Shown here piece after piece: positions 55,578 to 63,788 of a DNA stretch of 64,000 nucleotides (position 1 is its first letter; each line of letters starts with the position of its first letter). Below the pieces are notes generated by a model, which was given only the letters and a program-made list of their open reading frames with translations, was not told the origin of the DNA and searched no databases. The position numbers and the translations under genes were made by a program. Location of the stretch: positions 197,807 through 261,806 of the IMG/VR virus record IMGVR_UViG_3300026097_000876; one strand, given 5' to 3'.

Positions 55578-55967
55578 TCATGATACCTCACTCTTGCCGT
55601 CGTCTAGTTTATCTGTTTTAATGTAACCTCGACCCCTGTCTGTGTCAAGACCGTCGTCCTCTAGCATCTGTCCAACAATTGTTTTAAACCAAGCATCTAC
55701 AATTTGTTCTTGACTCTCACCTTGATACCCTACATCCATAAGTTGTTCAATAAACTCATTATTCCAATCAAGTTCAAAGAAGCCGTTACGAATGTTTTCA
55801 GGATTAATCTGTGTGTCAAGTACAGCTACCCACGGTTCGCCTGCTTCAGTAGCCGCCGCCTTTTCTGCGTCTAGTGCTTCGCGACGTAGATCTTCTGAAG
55901 TCTTTACTTCTTCAGTAGTTTGTTCTTTCTCTTTCTTACCAATTAATCGTTTAAACCATTCACTCAT
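55578..55967 (-). CDS. Hypothetical acidic protein
   Basis: 129 aa, SD GGAGG. Confidence 0.65.
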   Translation of the reverse strand: MSEWFKRLIGKKEKEQTTEEVKTSEDLRREALDAEKAAATEAGEPWVAVLDTQINPENIRNGFFELDWNNEFIEQLMDVGYQGESQEQIVDAWFKTIVGQMLEDDGLDTDRGRGYIKTDKLDDGKSEVS

Positions 55968-56071
55968 AATCCTGCCTCCCTAGCTCGTTGTTCTAAATCT
56001 AAATCGGGTTTTTTAATCGGAGCCTTCATAGCACGTTTGTGTTGCTCATTTTTGTAGTATTCACTTGGCAT
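55964..56071 (-). CDS. Possible 35-aa peptide (MPSEYYK...REAGL)
   Basis: Fills the gap between queE and the next gene with an ATGA overlap; SD spacing is poor. Confidence 0.3.
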   Translation of the reverse strand: MPSEYYKNEQHKRAMKAPIKKPDLDLEQRAREAGL

Positions 56072-56078
56072 ACCTCTA

Positions 56079-56972
56079 CTATGTTCCCCAGGCATTTCCG
56101 AATAAGCTGATGTGGAGTCTTGGCGTAAATCTCCAGCCCCGTTCCATACACGCTTCTGCAACGTCTTTAACATTGAGACTGTACTCTTCCGAACGTCCGC
56201 CAAGCGGCATAAGATATACTGGACACTCAATGCCTCGATCACGGTATGCTTGAACAGCTCTAGTGACTTCATCAAAGTCGTCTTCACTAGCGACAACAAA
56301 CTTGAGATACATGTCGCTACCGTTAACACTATCATACTGACTAGCAACATCAGGCAATATAGCAGTTTCCCAAGGTTCTCCGCTAACACTAAGTTTCGGG
56401 GAGCAACTCCAAGTAACTTCAAATCTGTCTTGAGTGTTGAGATACTCGTAGAAATCATCGTGTAACTTTTGTGTAGTGTTTGTTTCAAATGTAACATTTT
56501 TTAAATCCTTCATACGTGGATGCTCAAACAGTTCTACGTAAAGTCGTTGCCACGCTAACAACGGCTCACCACCTGTGAGGATAAGATGTACATCTTGTCC
56601 ATTATCCATTGTCCACTTGCCCTCTGGAGTAAGACTCAGCAAATGTTCAACTACTTCGTCAACTTCTGCCTGACGATTAAAGTGTTTAAACTCAGGATAG
56701 ATACTAGCATATGTGTCACAGCCTGTGTGGATAATAGGCAAGTCTTCAAACTTTTCTGTGGTCTTGTGTACATCTTTTGCAATTAAATCTGCAACTTCTG
56801 CGTTGTATCTTTGTCCTTCTGCGTGTAACTCTGTGCGATTCTTCTTAGTATCAACACCAAAGTTCATACAACGGAAGTTACAACCGAATGTGCGCAGGAA
56901 TACACTAGGTACTCCTACGAACTTGCCTTCACCTTGCACTGAATAAAACGCTTCACTATAGCGTAGTTTCAT
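56079..56972 (-). CDS. queE: 7-carboxy-7-deazaguanine synthase (radical SAM)
   Basis: EAFYSVQGEG..VG.PSVFLRTFGCNFRC...GCDT; LTGGEP; FETN; CSPKL; PRLH. Confidence 0.85.
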   Translation of the reverse strand: MKLRYSEAFYSVQGEGKFVGVPSVFLRTFGCNFRCMNFGVDTKKNRTELHAEGQRYNAEVADLIAKDVHKTTEKFEDLPIIHTGCDTYASIYPEFKHFNRQAEVDEVVEHLLSLTPEGKWTMDNGQDVHLILTGGEPLLAWQRLYVELFEHPRMKDLKNVTFETNTTQKLHDDFYEYLNTQDRFEVTWSCSPKLSVSGEPWETAILPDVASQYDSVNGSDMYLKFVVASEDDFDEVTRAVQAYRDRGIECPVYLMPLGGRSEEYSLNVKDVAEACMERGWRFTPRLHISLFGNAWGT

Positions 56973-57162
56973 CAACAATCTCCCAATAGAACACTTCTTT
57001 ACCTGTACGTTCTTCTACAGCAGGCAGTGCAATATACTTGTCGGTGACTTCTGTTCTGCCAACATACTGCCAAGTGTGTCCTGCGTTCTGACGCTCTTCT
57101 ACCATTTCTAAAAATTCAGCATTATCTGCGGCAAACAATGCAATAAATACCATCCAAATCAT
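56956..57162 (-). CDS. Small protein with hydrophobic N-terminus
   Basis: 68 aa, MIWMVFIALFAA. Confidence 0.5.
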   Translation of the reverse strand: MIWMVFIALFAADNAEFLEMVEERQNAGHTWQYVGRTEVTDKYIALPAVEERTGKEVFYWEIVDETTL

Positions 57163-57290
57163 TATCTTTGTCTCTTCCTTTCTGCTGTAGGTTTGTGTTC
57201 AGCTTCCGTAATATGCGAAACTATCATGTTTGCTAACGGAGTCTGTTTATCTCTTTTTTTAGGTTTAAACATTTTAGTTAAAAACTTCAT
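57162..57290 (-). CDS. Small basic protein (42 aa), not in the ORF track
   Basis: MKFLTKMFKPKKRDKQ...RKRQR; its TAA overlaps the next ATG; GAGG upstream. Confidence 0.45.
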   Translation of the reverse strand: MKFLTKMFKPKKRDKQTPLANMIVSHITEAEHKPTAERKRQR

Positions 57291-57303
57291 TCTGCAACCT
57301 CTT

Positions 57304-57741
57304 TTATCGGTTAAATCTTACTGTGTATTCACGATTGTTATCCCAAAAAGTAACAGTTGAATGACTGTAAACCCTAACCTGTTCTTCTTCATAGCGTGTT
57401 TCACGCTGACATTGTGTTCTAGTGCCACCTTGTGCGTCTGAGTTTTGGTTGCCAATAATGCCACCTAACACTCCGCCAATCTTTGCACCATCTTTGTGGT
57501 CAATTTGATGTCCTACTACGCCACCAATGATTGTACCAACAATAGTGTCAGCAGTTTTATCACCACTCACGGCAACATCCTTGCATACTTCGACAGTATA
57601 CGGACGTTGTTTAATCACAGTTTTGTAGTGGTCCTCTGTAACACCCATTACGTTATTAGAATCAGCAAATGCTACACTTGCTAAGAAACTTGTGCCTACA
57701 GCAATTGCCACTGTGTGGAAATATAATTCTTTAAACTTCAT
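57304..57741 (-). CDS. Exported glycine-zipper protein
   Basis: Signal-like N-terminus; GTIIGGVVG...GGVLGGIIG. Confidence 0.7.
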   Translation of the reverse strand: MKFKELYFHTVAIAVGTSFLASVAFADSNNVMGVTEDHYKTVIKQRPYTVEVCKDVAVSGDKTADTIVGTIIGGVVGHQIDHKDGAKIGGVLGGIIGNQNSDAQGGTRTQCQRETRYEEEQVRVYSHSTVTFWDNNREYTVRFNR

Positions 57742-58127
57742 GCTTCTTCCTCAATATACCTTAAAAGTTCTTTGTCTTCAACATCACCAGGGATGTCGTT
57801 TTTATAAAAAATTCTATAACTGTCGGAACCATATTTGCCAATGCCGCATAAATCGTTGGCATCCTTTTTGTCCCAGTTAATATATTGTAAACTCATTTTC
57901 CAAATACGTCTAGCCCTAACATTCTGCATGCCCAATGGCTTCAGCACTTCGGCAATCTCATCAACCGTTGCATACAGCAAATAGCCTGCTGTAGGCCACC
58001 GTTCAAAAAACTCTGTGAGCACAGGCTTGGTCTGACGCCTATCAACTTGGTTAAGGCAGATCACACCTACCATGTGTTGCCACTCGCATTCAACCTGTTG
58101 TTGCACCATCAAATCATCACGCATCAT
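57738..58127 (-). CDS. MBD4-like HhH-GPD DNA glycosylase domain
   Basis: W...V.VICLNQ; LKPLGM...RA; LCGIGKYGSDSYRIF; DKEL..Y. Confidence 0.75.
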   Translation of the reverse strand: MMRDDLMVQQQVECEWQHMVGVICLNQVDRRQTKPVLTEFFERWPTAGYLLYATVDEIAEVLKPLGMQNVRARRIWKMSLQYINWDKKDANDLCGIGKYGSDSYRIFYKNDIPGDVEDKELLRYIEEEA

Positions 58128-58225
58128 AGTATAAAATCCTGTACAAATCCTACTACACCTAGTAATAGAGCACAAACGATCAATCCTTTTGCCATATATA
58201 CAGCAACAATATCTAAATCATTCAT
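58124..58225 (-). CDS. 33-aa membrane peptide, not in the ORF track
   Basis: MNDLDIVAVYMAKGLIVCALLLGVVGFVQDFIL; ATGA overlaps at both ends. Confidence 0.55.
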   Translation of the reverse strand: MNDLDIVAVYMAKGLIVCALLLGVVGFVQDFIL

Positions 58226-58908
58226 CGTGGAGCAAACTCCTGTTGTAGTTTAATGTTGTCAAAGAACTCTTTCTTTGTGCCTGCATCATCTTTAAAAGCA
58301 CCTTTTAGCACACTGGTCTGTGTAAGACTGCTATGTGCCATAATGCCTCTGTTTTCGCAACAACCGTGTGTTGCTTGAATGTACACACCTAAGTGTTCAG
58401 CACCAGTTGCATATGCAATCTCACGTGCAATGTCATTTGCAAGTTCTTCTTGCAGTGTGCCACGTCGAGCGCACCACTGTGCAATACGTGTGTACTTGCT
58501 AAGTCCAATAAGTTTGTCTGCGGCAATAATACCAATGTACGCTACGCCGGCAACCGGCTGATGGTGGTGACTGCAAACACTGCGCAGTTCGCTACGCACT
58601 ACTAGCATACCATCATAGCGGTCTTCACTGTCATTAGGAAATGCCGTAGCCTCAGGACGATAATCATAACGTCCAGCCATCAGTTCATTGAAGTACATTT
58701 TAGCCAGTCTGCGAGCTGTGCCGTGACTGTTGGGATCAGTTTCTCTGTCAATGACCAGTGCGTCAAGCACTGTTTCAAATGCTTCAGTGGCTTCGTCGAT
58801 CAGTTGTTCTTTTTCGCCACTCTGTATTATTCGAGCAATGTTATCGCCTGCCCAGTAGCGTTTGTCTGCGGCTTTGCAACGTTGTGCGATTTCTTCATAT
58901 TTTTTCAT
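58222..58908 (-). CDS. folE: GTP cyclohydrolase I
   Basis: DPNS.GTARRLAKM; SVCSHH; GLSK..R; LQEE; HGCCENRG. Confidence 0.92.
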   Translation of the reverse strand: MKKYEEIAQRCKAADKRYWAGDNIARIIQSGEKEQLIDEATEAFETVLDALVIDRETDPNSHGTARRLAKMYFNELMAGRYDYRPEATAFPNDSEDRYDGMLVVRSELRSVCSHHHQPVAGVAYIGIIAADKLIGLSKYTRIAQWCARRGTLQEELANDIAREIAYATGAEHLGVYIQATHGCCENRGIMAHSSLTQTSVLKGAFKDDAGTKKEFFDNIKLQQEFAPR

Positions 58909-58947
58909 TTTTTCTCCGAGTTAAAGACGTGGATGTCTTATTGTTTT

Positions 58948-58976
58948 ATTATATGATATATTTAGGTTTTTGTCAA
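58948..58976 (-). promoter_or_regulatory. Consensus sigma70 promoter TTGACA-N17-TATAAT for folE
   Basis: -35 at 58971-58976 (inside the last codons of the upstream gene), -10 at 58948-58953. Confidence 0.85.
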
Positions 58977-59783
58977 GTTTTTTATGTAATTAAAATAATC
59001 TTTAGCAATTAATTCATGTATTTCTTTAGTATAGTGTTCACCGTCTAGTCTATGTTGATCTGTTTCAATATCTATACCTTTAGAATGCTTTAAAAAACCT
59101 TCTGCTGATATTTTTGATTTGATACCTGCTTCAAATTCTCCATACATTTCAATATTTTTTGGAACAAAAACTCTATTATTAATAGTCCATTGATACCATT
59201 TTATATTCCTTCTAGAACACATAGTATCAATGGCTAATAGATCTAAACAATAATCTTTATATTGCAAAGGCGAAACTAATTCGTGCCACAATTTAGTATA
59301 GATATACTTTTCATGAAACGGCTTCCAATCTGCTTTAACTTCCATGTCATCAAATTCGAAACCTTTAAAGTCTTCGTAATTTTCTGGCCGAACCTGATCA
59401 ATCATTTCGATATAATTTTCGGTCACTCGATGATCAGTGTATCTATCTACTAAATTGTCTTTTAACTGATCATCATCTAAATATAAGTCAACACCAGTAT
59501 CTTCCCCGATGTCTAAATGTCGAGAGCAAGAAAGCAAAAATCTATTCCAGTAAGTAGATTGTATAAACACCTCGTCGATGTCATCATAGCGATTAAGAAC
59601 GGATTTTACCCAGGCAGGGTATTTTCGATTACATCCGCCTGGCTGACTATAAATTACAACTTTTTTATTATGATGTTTTGCATAAATTTCAGCATAGTTA
59701 TTGTCTTGCCATGCAGATATATTACCATTAACTTCGTAATATCCGTGAGCGTGACTGTCGCCTATGAATAATGTTCTGCCCAT
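58962..59783 (-). CDS. SGNH/GDSL-like hypothetical protein
   Basis: LFIGDSH block I; C-terminal DGEHY. Confidence 0.5.
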   Translation of the reverse strand: MGRTLFIGDSHAHGYYEVNGNISAWQDNNYAEIYAKHHNKKVVIYSQPGGCNRKYPAWVKSVLNRYDDIDEVFIQSTYWNRFLLSCSRHLDIGEDTGVDLYLDDDQLKDNLVDRYTDHRVTENYIEMIDQVRPENYEDFKGFEFDDMEVKADWKPFHEKYIYTKLWHELVSPLQYKDYCLDLLAIDTMCSRRNIKWYQWTINNRVFVPKNIEMYGEFEAGIKSKISAEGFLKHSKGIDIETDQHRLDGEHYTKEIHELIAKDYFNYIKNLTKT

Positions 59784-59986
59784 TATGACTTAAAGTATTT
59801 TTCTACCATTTCCAACATATCATCATATTCTGCAATCTGTTTAACTTCGTGTTCGATTGCTTCGATAATGTCCGAATGTTCTCCAATACCTGCTGGATTG
59901 TGCAAGTATACTTCTACATTTGCACGATGTTTTTCAATATGTCCTTTTGCGTGTGACACAAACGCTTCTAGTAATTGTTCTCTCAT
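59783..59986 (-). CDS. Small hypothetical protein of a type seen in T4-like phages
   Basis: 67 aa, H.ANVEVYL.NP.GIGEH. Confidence 0.6.
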   Translation of the reverse strand: MREQLLEAFVSHAKGHIEKHRANVEVYLHNPAGIGEHSDIIEAIEHEVKQIAEYDDMLEMVEKYFKS

Positions 59987-59998
59987 TGTATTTCCTTT

Positions 59999-60397
59999 CT
60001 AACAACCATCGCCGTATATTATATCAGCAATATCTTCAGTATTTAGACAATCTTTTTTGTAATTTCCTTTTTCTGGAATCACATGTCTTACACCACCTCG
60101 TGGATCTTTCATATCATCTTTACGTCTAGGAATAAGATGCACATGTGGATACATCACAGTCTGTCCAGCTTCTTCGCCGATATTCTGGCCGATATTATAA
60201 GCATCGCAGTATCCACCTTGTACCCAATCGTATCCCCAAGCATATGCTGCTTTATAGCACTTTGCTAAGGATTCCCAGTCTTGTACTTTAGGAACAAAAA
60301 GAACGTGTCCTTCTGTAACGGGATATCCGTCTTTAAATACAGTGTAGTCTCTAGTATCGAGCACTACGTCTGTCCAAGGTACTTCGTTAAATTCCAT
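59999..60397 (-). CDS. HIT-family nucleotide hydrolase
   Basis: DGYPVTEGHVLFVP; YNIGQN...AGQTVMYPHVHLIPR. Confidence 0.85.
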   Translation of the reverse strand: MEFNEVPWTDVVLDTRDYTVFKDGYPVTEGHVLFVPKVQDWESLAKCYKAAYAWGYDWVQGGYCDAYNIGQNIGEEAGQTVMYPHVHLIPRRKDDMKDPRGGVRHVIPEKGNYKKDCLNTEDIADIIYGDGC

Positions 60398-60968
60398 AAT
60401 TAAATGCCACCGTAATTCTTTCTTTATCTACCATTTGTTGATCTACCTTATGCCAAAGATAACTGGGGAAAATTAATAATGATCCTGTTTCTACCGCACA
60501 GACTAGCGTAGGAGTATTTGACTCGCTTAATTGCGTAACACGACTTCTAGGCCAATTTGATTTTTGATTACCGTTTACTAGTGTGAGTCCAGGATGATCT
60601 TGATCTGCCTGTACATAGTAAACACCACTCCATATGTCTGGTAAGTGATTGTGTTCTTCGTGATATGTATATTTTCTATTAATACTAAACCAACTGTCTC
60701 CTAAAATTGGCGTGCCAGCTAGGTTAGTCTCTTTATGACATTCCTGCACACAATTTTCAATAAACATTTTTAGATCGTTTAATAAGGGATCGTTTAGAAT
60801 TTTATGACTCACACCAAACGAAGTATATCCGTTTGCACTGTATTTTACTGGCGACTGATCACTTTTTTTCTCTTGCAAGAAATTCTGGAACCATCTTTTT
60901 TTGTAGTTCTTCGGCATTATCATACATTGTACGAAAAACTTGCGTTGGAAATATATATTGCTTCTCAA
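60387..60968 (-). CDS. 2OG-Fe(II) oxygenase-like protein (TIGR02466-type)
   Basis: HNH...WSGVYYV; IFPSYLWHKV; RITVAFN. Confidence 0.75.
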   Translation of the reverse strand: MRSNIYFQRKFFVQCMIMPKNYKKRWFQNFLQEKKSDQSPVKYSANGYTSFGVSHKILNDPLLNDLKMFIENCVQECHKETNLAGTPILGDSWFSINRKYTYHEEHNHLPDIWSGVYYVQADQDHPGLTLVNGNQKSNWPRSRVTQLSESNTPTLVCAVETGSLLIFPSYLWHKVDQQMVDKERITVAFNYGI

Positions 60969-61516
60969 TCATAATTGCCAACATTCTCCCACGGATATAC
61001 TAACCAAACATCATCTTCGGCTTTGTTAAGTTCGTGAACTGTATAGTCCACTCTGCCATTAAACTCGCTTGCTAAGTTATCTGTTAGTGTAGCAAAGCGA
61101 ACATTGTTGTGCCAAATCTTTCCCCATTTAGGATCATTAGGCAAGCATGTACTTTGCCAATCTTGCATGATCCAGTTAAACGTAGAACCAGTGTCGTTGA
61201 TGTCGTCTACAATAAGAATTTTCTTTTCTAATGGACCGCCAGTAATTTTATCTTCATCTTTACTTACATATCCAAATGCATCTTCGGACATCCAACAGTT
61301 GCTTTCACTGCCGTGGCCACTGTCGTCTCGCAGGCTTACTTTAAGTGCTTCGCAACGAATGCCAGTCATATTGCTAATAATAGTAGCAGGAACATTACCA
61401 CCACGGGTAATACCTACAATATAATCAGGACGCCAATTGTCAGCATACATTTGATTAACAATATTCACGCACATTGTTTCTACATCTTGCCAGGTATAAT
61501 AATGCTTATTGACCAT
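60965..61516 (-). CDS. Type I phosphoribosyltransferase (Gpt-like)
   Basis: IVGITRGG; ILIVDDINDTGST PRPP loop; WLVYPWE. Confidence 0.85.
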   Translation of the reverse strand: MVNKHYYTWQDVETMCVNIVNQMYADNWRPDYIVGITRGGNVPATIISNMTGIRCEALKVSLRDDSGHGSESNCWMSEDAFGYVSKDEDKITGGPLEKKILIVDDINDTGSTFNWIMQDWQSTCLPNDPKWGKIWHNNVRFATLTDNLASEFNGRVDYTVHELNKAEDDVWLVYPWENVGNYD

Positions 61517-61721
61517 TTTTCTTTTCCTTTAGTTTAGGATGAATTTGTTTGTCATTATAAATGTCGCCAGCCAATGCTTGAATTTGATCTACAAGATGTG
61601 TAACACGATCGAAATCATATTCTTCGCCAGGTGCTTTTTTATATTTTTCTCTATGTGCTAACACAGTAAGTTCGTGTATAGCACTGACTTTATCCATTAG
61701 TTGTTGAATTGTGTGCTGCAT
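61506..61721 (-). CDS. Hypothetical protein
   Basis: 71 aa, overlapping its neighbours. Confidence 0.55.
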   Translation of the reverse strand: MQHTIQQLMDKVSAIHELTVLAHREKYKKAPGEEYDFDRVTHLVDQIQALAGDIYNDKQIHPKLKEKKNGQ

Positions 61722-62151
61722 TATATTTTTCCTCTAAGTATGTGTGATTGTCAATCCATTCACCGTCTTTGATAAATCCCCATTCTCTCAGTTTAGGTCC
61801 GGGGATAAAAATAGTCCAAGTGTCAACACCAGGCTCAAGATCAATACGATGCAGACTGTGAGCACCAGATATTCTAAAATGTCCAGGCCTTCTCCAAAAC
61901 ACTCCTTTTGGAGTAGTTTCCCAGTAACCGCCACGCAGAATAAGAGCAAAGTAAGGCCAAGGATGATCGTGTAAGTCATCTAAATCTCCTTTGTGAAAGT
62001 TGTGCAGAAAGACGTTAAACGGAAACCATTTGCGATCTTTCAAGAACAAATAGTATCGAGTAAGATATGGCTCGTTGCAATAACGATCCATAATCACACG
62101 CTTTCTGCCTATGCTGTCTAACCAGTTTAATAAATTAAAACGGAATGTCAT
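61690..62151 (-). CDS. Cupin-like hypothetical protein
   Basis: LHDHPW...GGYWE...HRI; start uncertain. Confidence 0.55.
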   Translation of the reverse strand: MTFRFNLLNWLDSIGRKRVIMDRYCNEPYLTRYYLFLKDRKWFPFNVFLHNFHKGDLDDLHDHPWPYFALILRGGYWETTPKGVFWRRPGHFRISGAHSLHRIDLEPGVDTWTIFIPGPKLREWGFIKDGEWIDNHTYLEEKYNAAHNSTTNG

Positions 62152-62485
62152 CGTCTAGCTCTCCAGCTTGTTTCTTGCCCTTGTAGTCTTGTTTGACCAT
62201 ATCGTATACGCTTTTAAAATTACGCCAAGTTTTTTCCAGTGCTGGATACTCTTTACACATACGTTCAATTTCATCTTTATCGATGAGAGTGCTTTCATAC
62301 TCCCAAAACGGTTTAGTAAGGGTAATACTCGATACGTCAATAGTGTCACTTAAATCAGTAACAGTAAATGCATCGCCGTGTGTAAAAGTAATATCATCTA
62401 CAGTATCTATATATGATGTAGTTGTACCATATGTGTCATCTAAGTTGATAGTGATAGTATCATCATTATCCTTTGATTGTGTCAT
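62135..62485 (-). CDS. Hypothetical acidic protein ending DDIPF
   Basis: ATG at 62485; D/T-rich N-terminus; the C-terminal DDIPF resembles SSB-type partner-binding tails. Confidence 0.55.
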   Translation of the reverse strand: MTQSKDNDDTITINLDDTYGTTTSYIDTVDDITFTHGDAFTVTDLSDTIDVSSITLTKPFWEYESTLIDKDEIERMCKEYPALEKTWRNFKSVYDMVKQDYKGKKQAGELDDDIPF

Positions 62486-63521
62486 ACAGAGCTTCTCCAC
62501 TAAAAAAAAGTTTGTTTAATTTTTTATTTTGTTTCTCCATCAAAATATAATAATAATTATTATAGTTTTCCATATAGTCTACAATTTGTTTTTTTAGACT
62601 TTCTTTATGAGTTTGATATTGATCAAAATTCTTTGTCCATATACTAGGATATTTAAATTCTTGTAGAGCCATTTCTGAGTAGCTCAATCGATCTGGCACC
62701 ATAGGAATAGCACCCACTAGTGCACCTTCATACCAGCTAATGCCAAGCGTTTCTTGCAAATTAGCTGAAAACACAAGTTTAGCCTCACCTAATAAATTAT
62801 GATATTCATTTTTAGTAAGTTCTTGCTCTTGACACACAACAAATTCATATTGCGGAAGTTCTTGTTTTAGATCACGAAAAATTTCTATTTGTTTTTCTGG
62901 AGCAATACGATGCGGGAATAAGATAAGATCACGTTTTTCCATACCACTGTATGTTACCAAACGGTCCTTTAGATATTCCATAGGCCAGCCAACCTTCTTA
63001 ATCTTAGAATAATCAATTTGATTTTTATTAAAAATTCTTTTAAAAAGATCTATATGAAATTGTGTAGCAAAGAAATTATCATCATAGCATTCGTACATGC
63101 TACGTTCAGCATGCCTTACCCAAGGCTTATCTCCAATCAAACGACCGAGGAAATCATGCGGGTCATAACTACCAGCATGCCAAAGACCGCCAACTCTAAT
63201 GTCGACCCCAAGTAGTTCAGCCATGTAACGTAACTGTATAACAGTCGGATTCCAAGCATCCGTATATAGGAAATAATCCCCATTTTTAATGTCTCCTTTG
63301 CAAAACATTTCACCAATCTGTTCGAGCTGTTTGCTCTTGTACACATTAGTTCCACCGAAGTTAAGGAAAGCCCCAGGCGTAGTTGCCTGAGGCGTTTCCC
63401 CGCCACTAATTACAATAACATCTGTATTTGTAGCATGTTGCAATTGTTTAGGAAGATAGTCCTTCCATTGTTTAGTGTAGCGAGTATCAACTGCTTCAAT
63501 GTCTACAATATAGATTGTCAT
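62466..63521 (-). CDS. GT-B glycosyltransferase-like protein
   Basis: WHAGSYDP; FPHRIAPEKQ; QETLGISWYEGALVGAIP.VPDRLSYSE (Ex7E-like). Confidence 0.7.
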   Translation of the reverse strand: MTIYIVDIEAVDTRYTKQWKDYLPKQLQHATNTDVIVISGGETPQATTPGAFLNFGGTNVYKSKQLEQIGEMFCKGDIKNGDYFLYTDAWNPTVIQLRYMAELLGVDIRVGGLWHAGSYDPHDFLGRLIGDKPWVRHAERSMYECYDDNFFATQFHIDLFKRIFNKNQIDYSKIKKVGWPMEYLKDRLVTYSGMEKRDLILFPHRIAPEKQIEIFRDLKQELPQYEFVVCQEQELTKNEYHNLLGEAKLVFSANLQETLGISWYEGALVGAIPMVPDRLSYSEMALQEFKYPSIWTKNFDQYQTHKESLKKQIVDYMENYNNYYYILMEKQNKKLNKLFFSGEALYDTIKG

Positions 63522-63772
63522 TAACTTCTCCGATTGTTTTGATAACGACCGTTATTGTTATTGTTATTATTGTTATTATTATGCCGGCGCTTACCTCCGT
63601 TACGAAAACGTTGATATGCTTGCCAGGCACGGCTTTTACTATTGTATAGATTTCGCTCGTCCCATTCATATCCGTTATGACCGTAAAGCCACGCGGTTGA
63701 ACAGAAATATTTAAAACGCTCAAGCTCTTCGAATACTTTATTATAAGCTTCACGATTAAATTGAATTGCCAT
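63521..63772 (-). CDS. Hypothetical protein with Asn/Arg-rich tail
   Basis: 83 aa, TAATG-coupled to the glycosyltransferase. Confidence 0.6.
   Translation of the reverse strand: MAIQFNREAYNKVFEELERFKYFCSTAWLYGHNGYEWDERNLYNSKSRAWQAYQRFRNGGKRRHNNNNNNNNNNGRYQNNRRS
63551..63580 (-). repeat. AAT/AAC trinucleotide run encoding 10 Asn
   Basis: Ten consecutive Asn codons, mixed AAT and AAC. Confidence 0.85.
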
Positions 63773-63788
63773 ACTATTATTTTCCTTG

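Noticed and set aside
55964-56497. 177-aa ORF overlapping queE in another frame
   Set aside because: Most of it is inside queE; only the last 35 codons are a plausible gene, listed at low confidence.
58909-58941. Calling the folE leader a canonical preQ1-I or THF-II riboswitch
   Set aside because: The loop and tail are too short and the consensus nucleotides are absent; kept only as a novel candidate.
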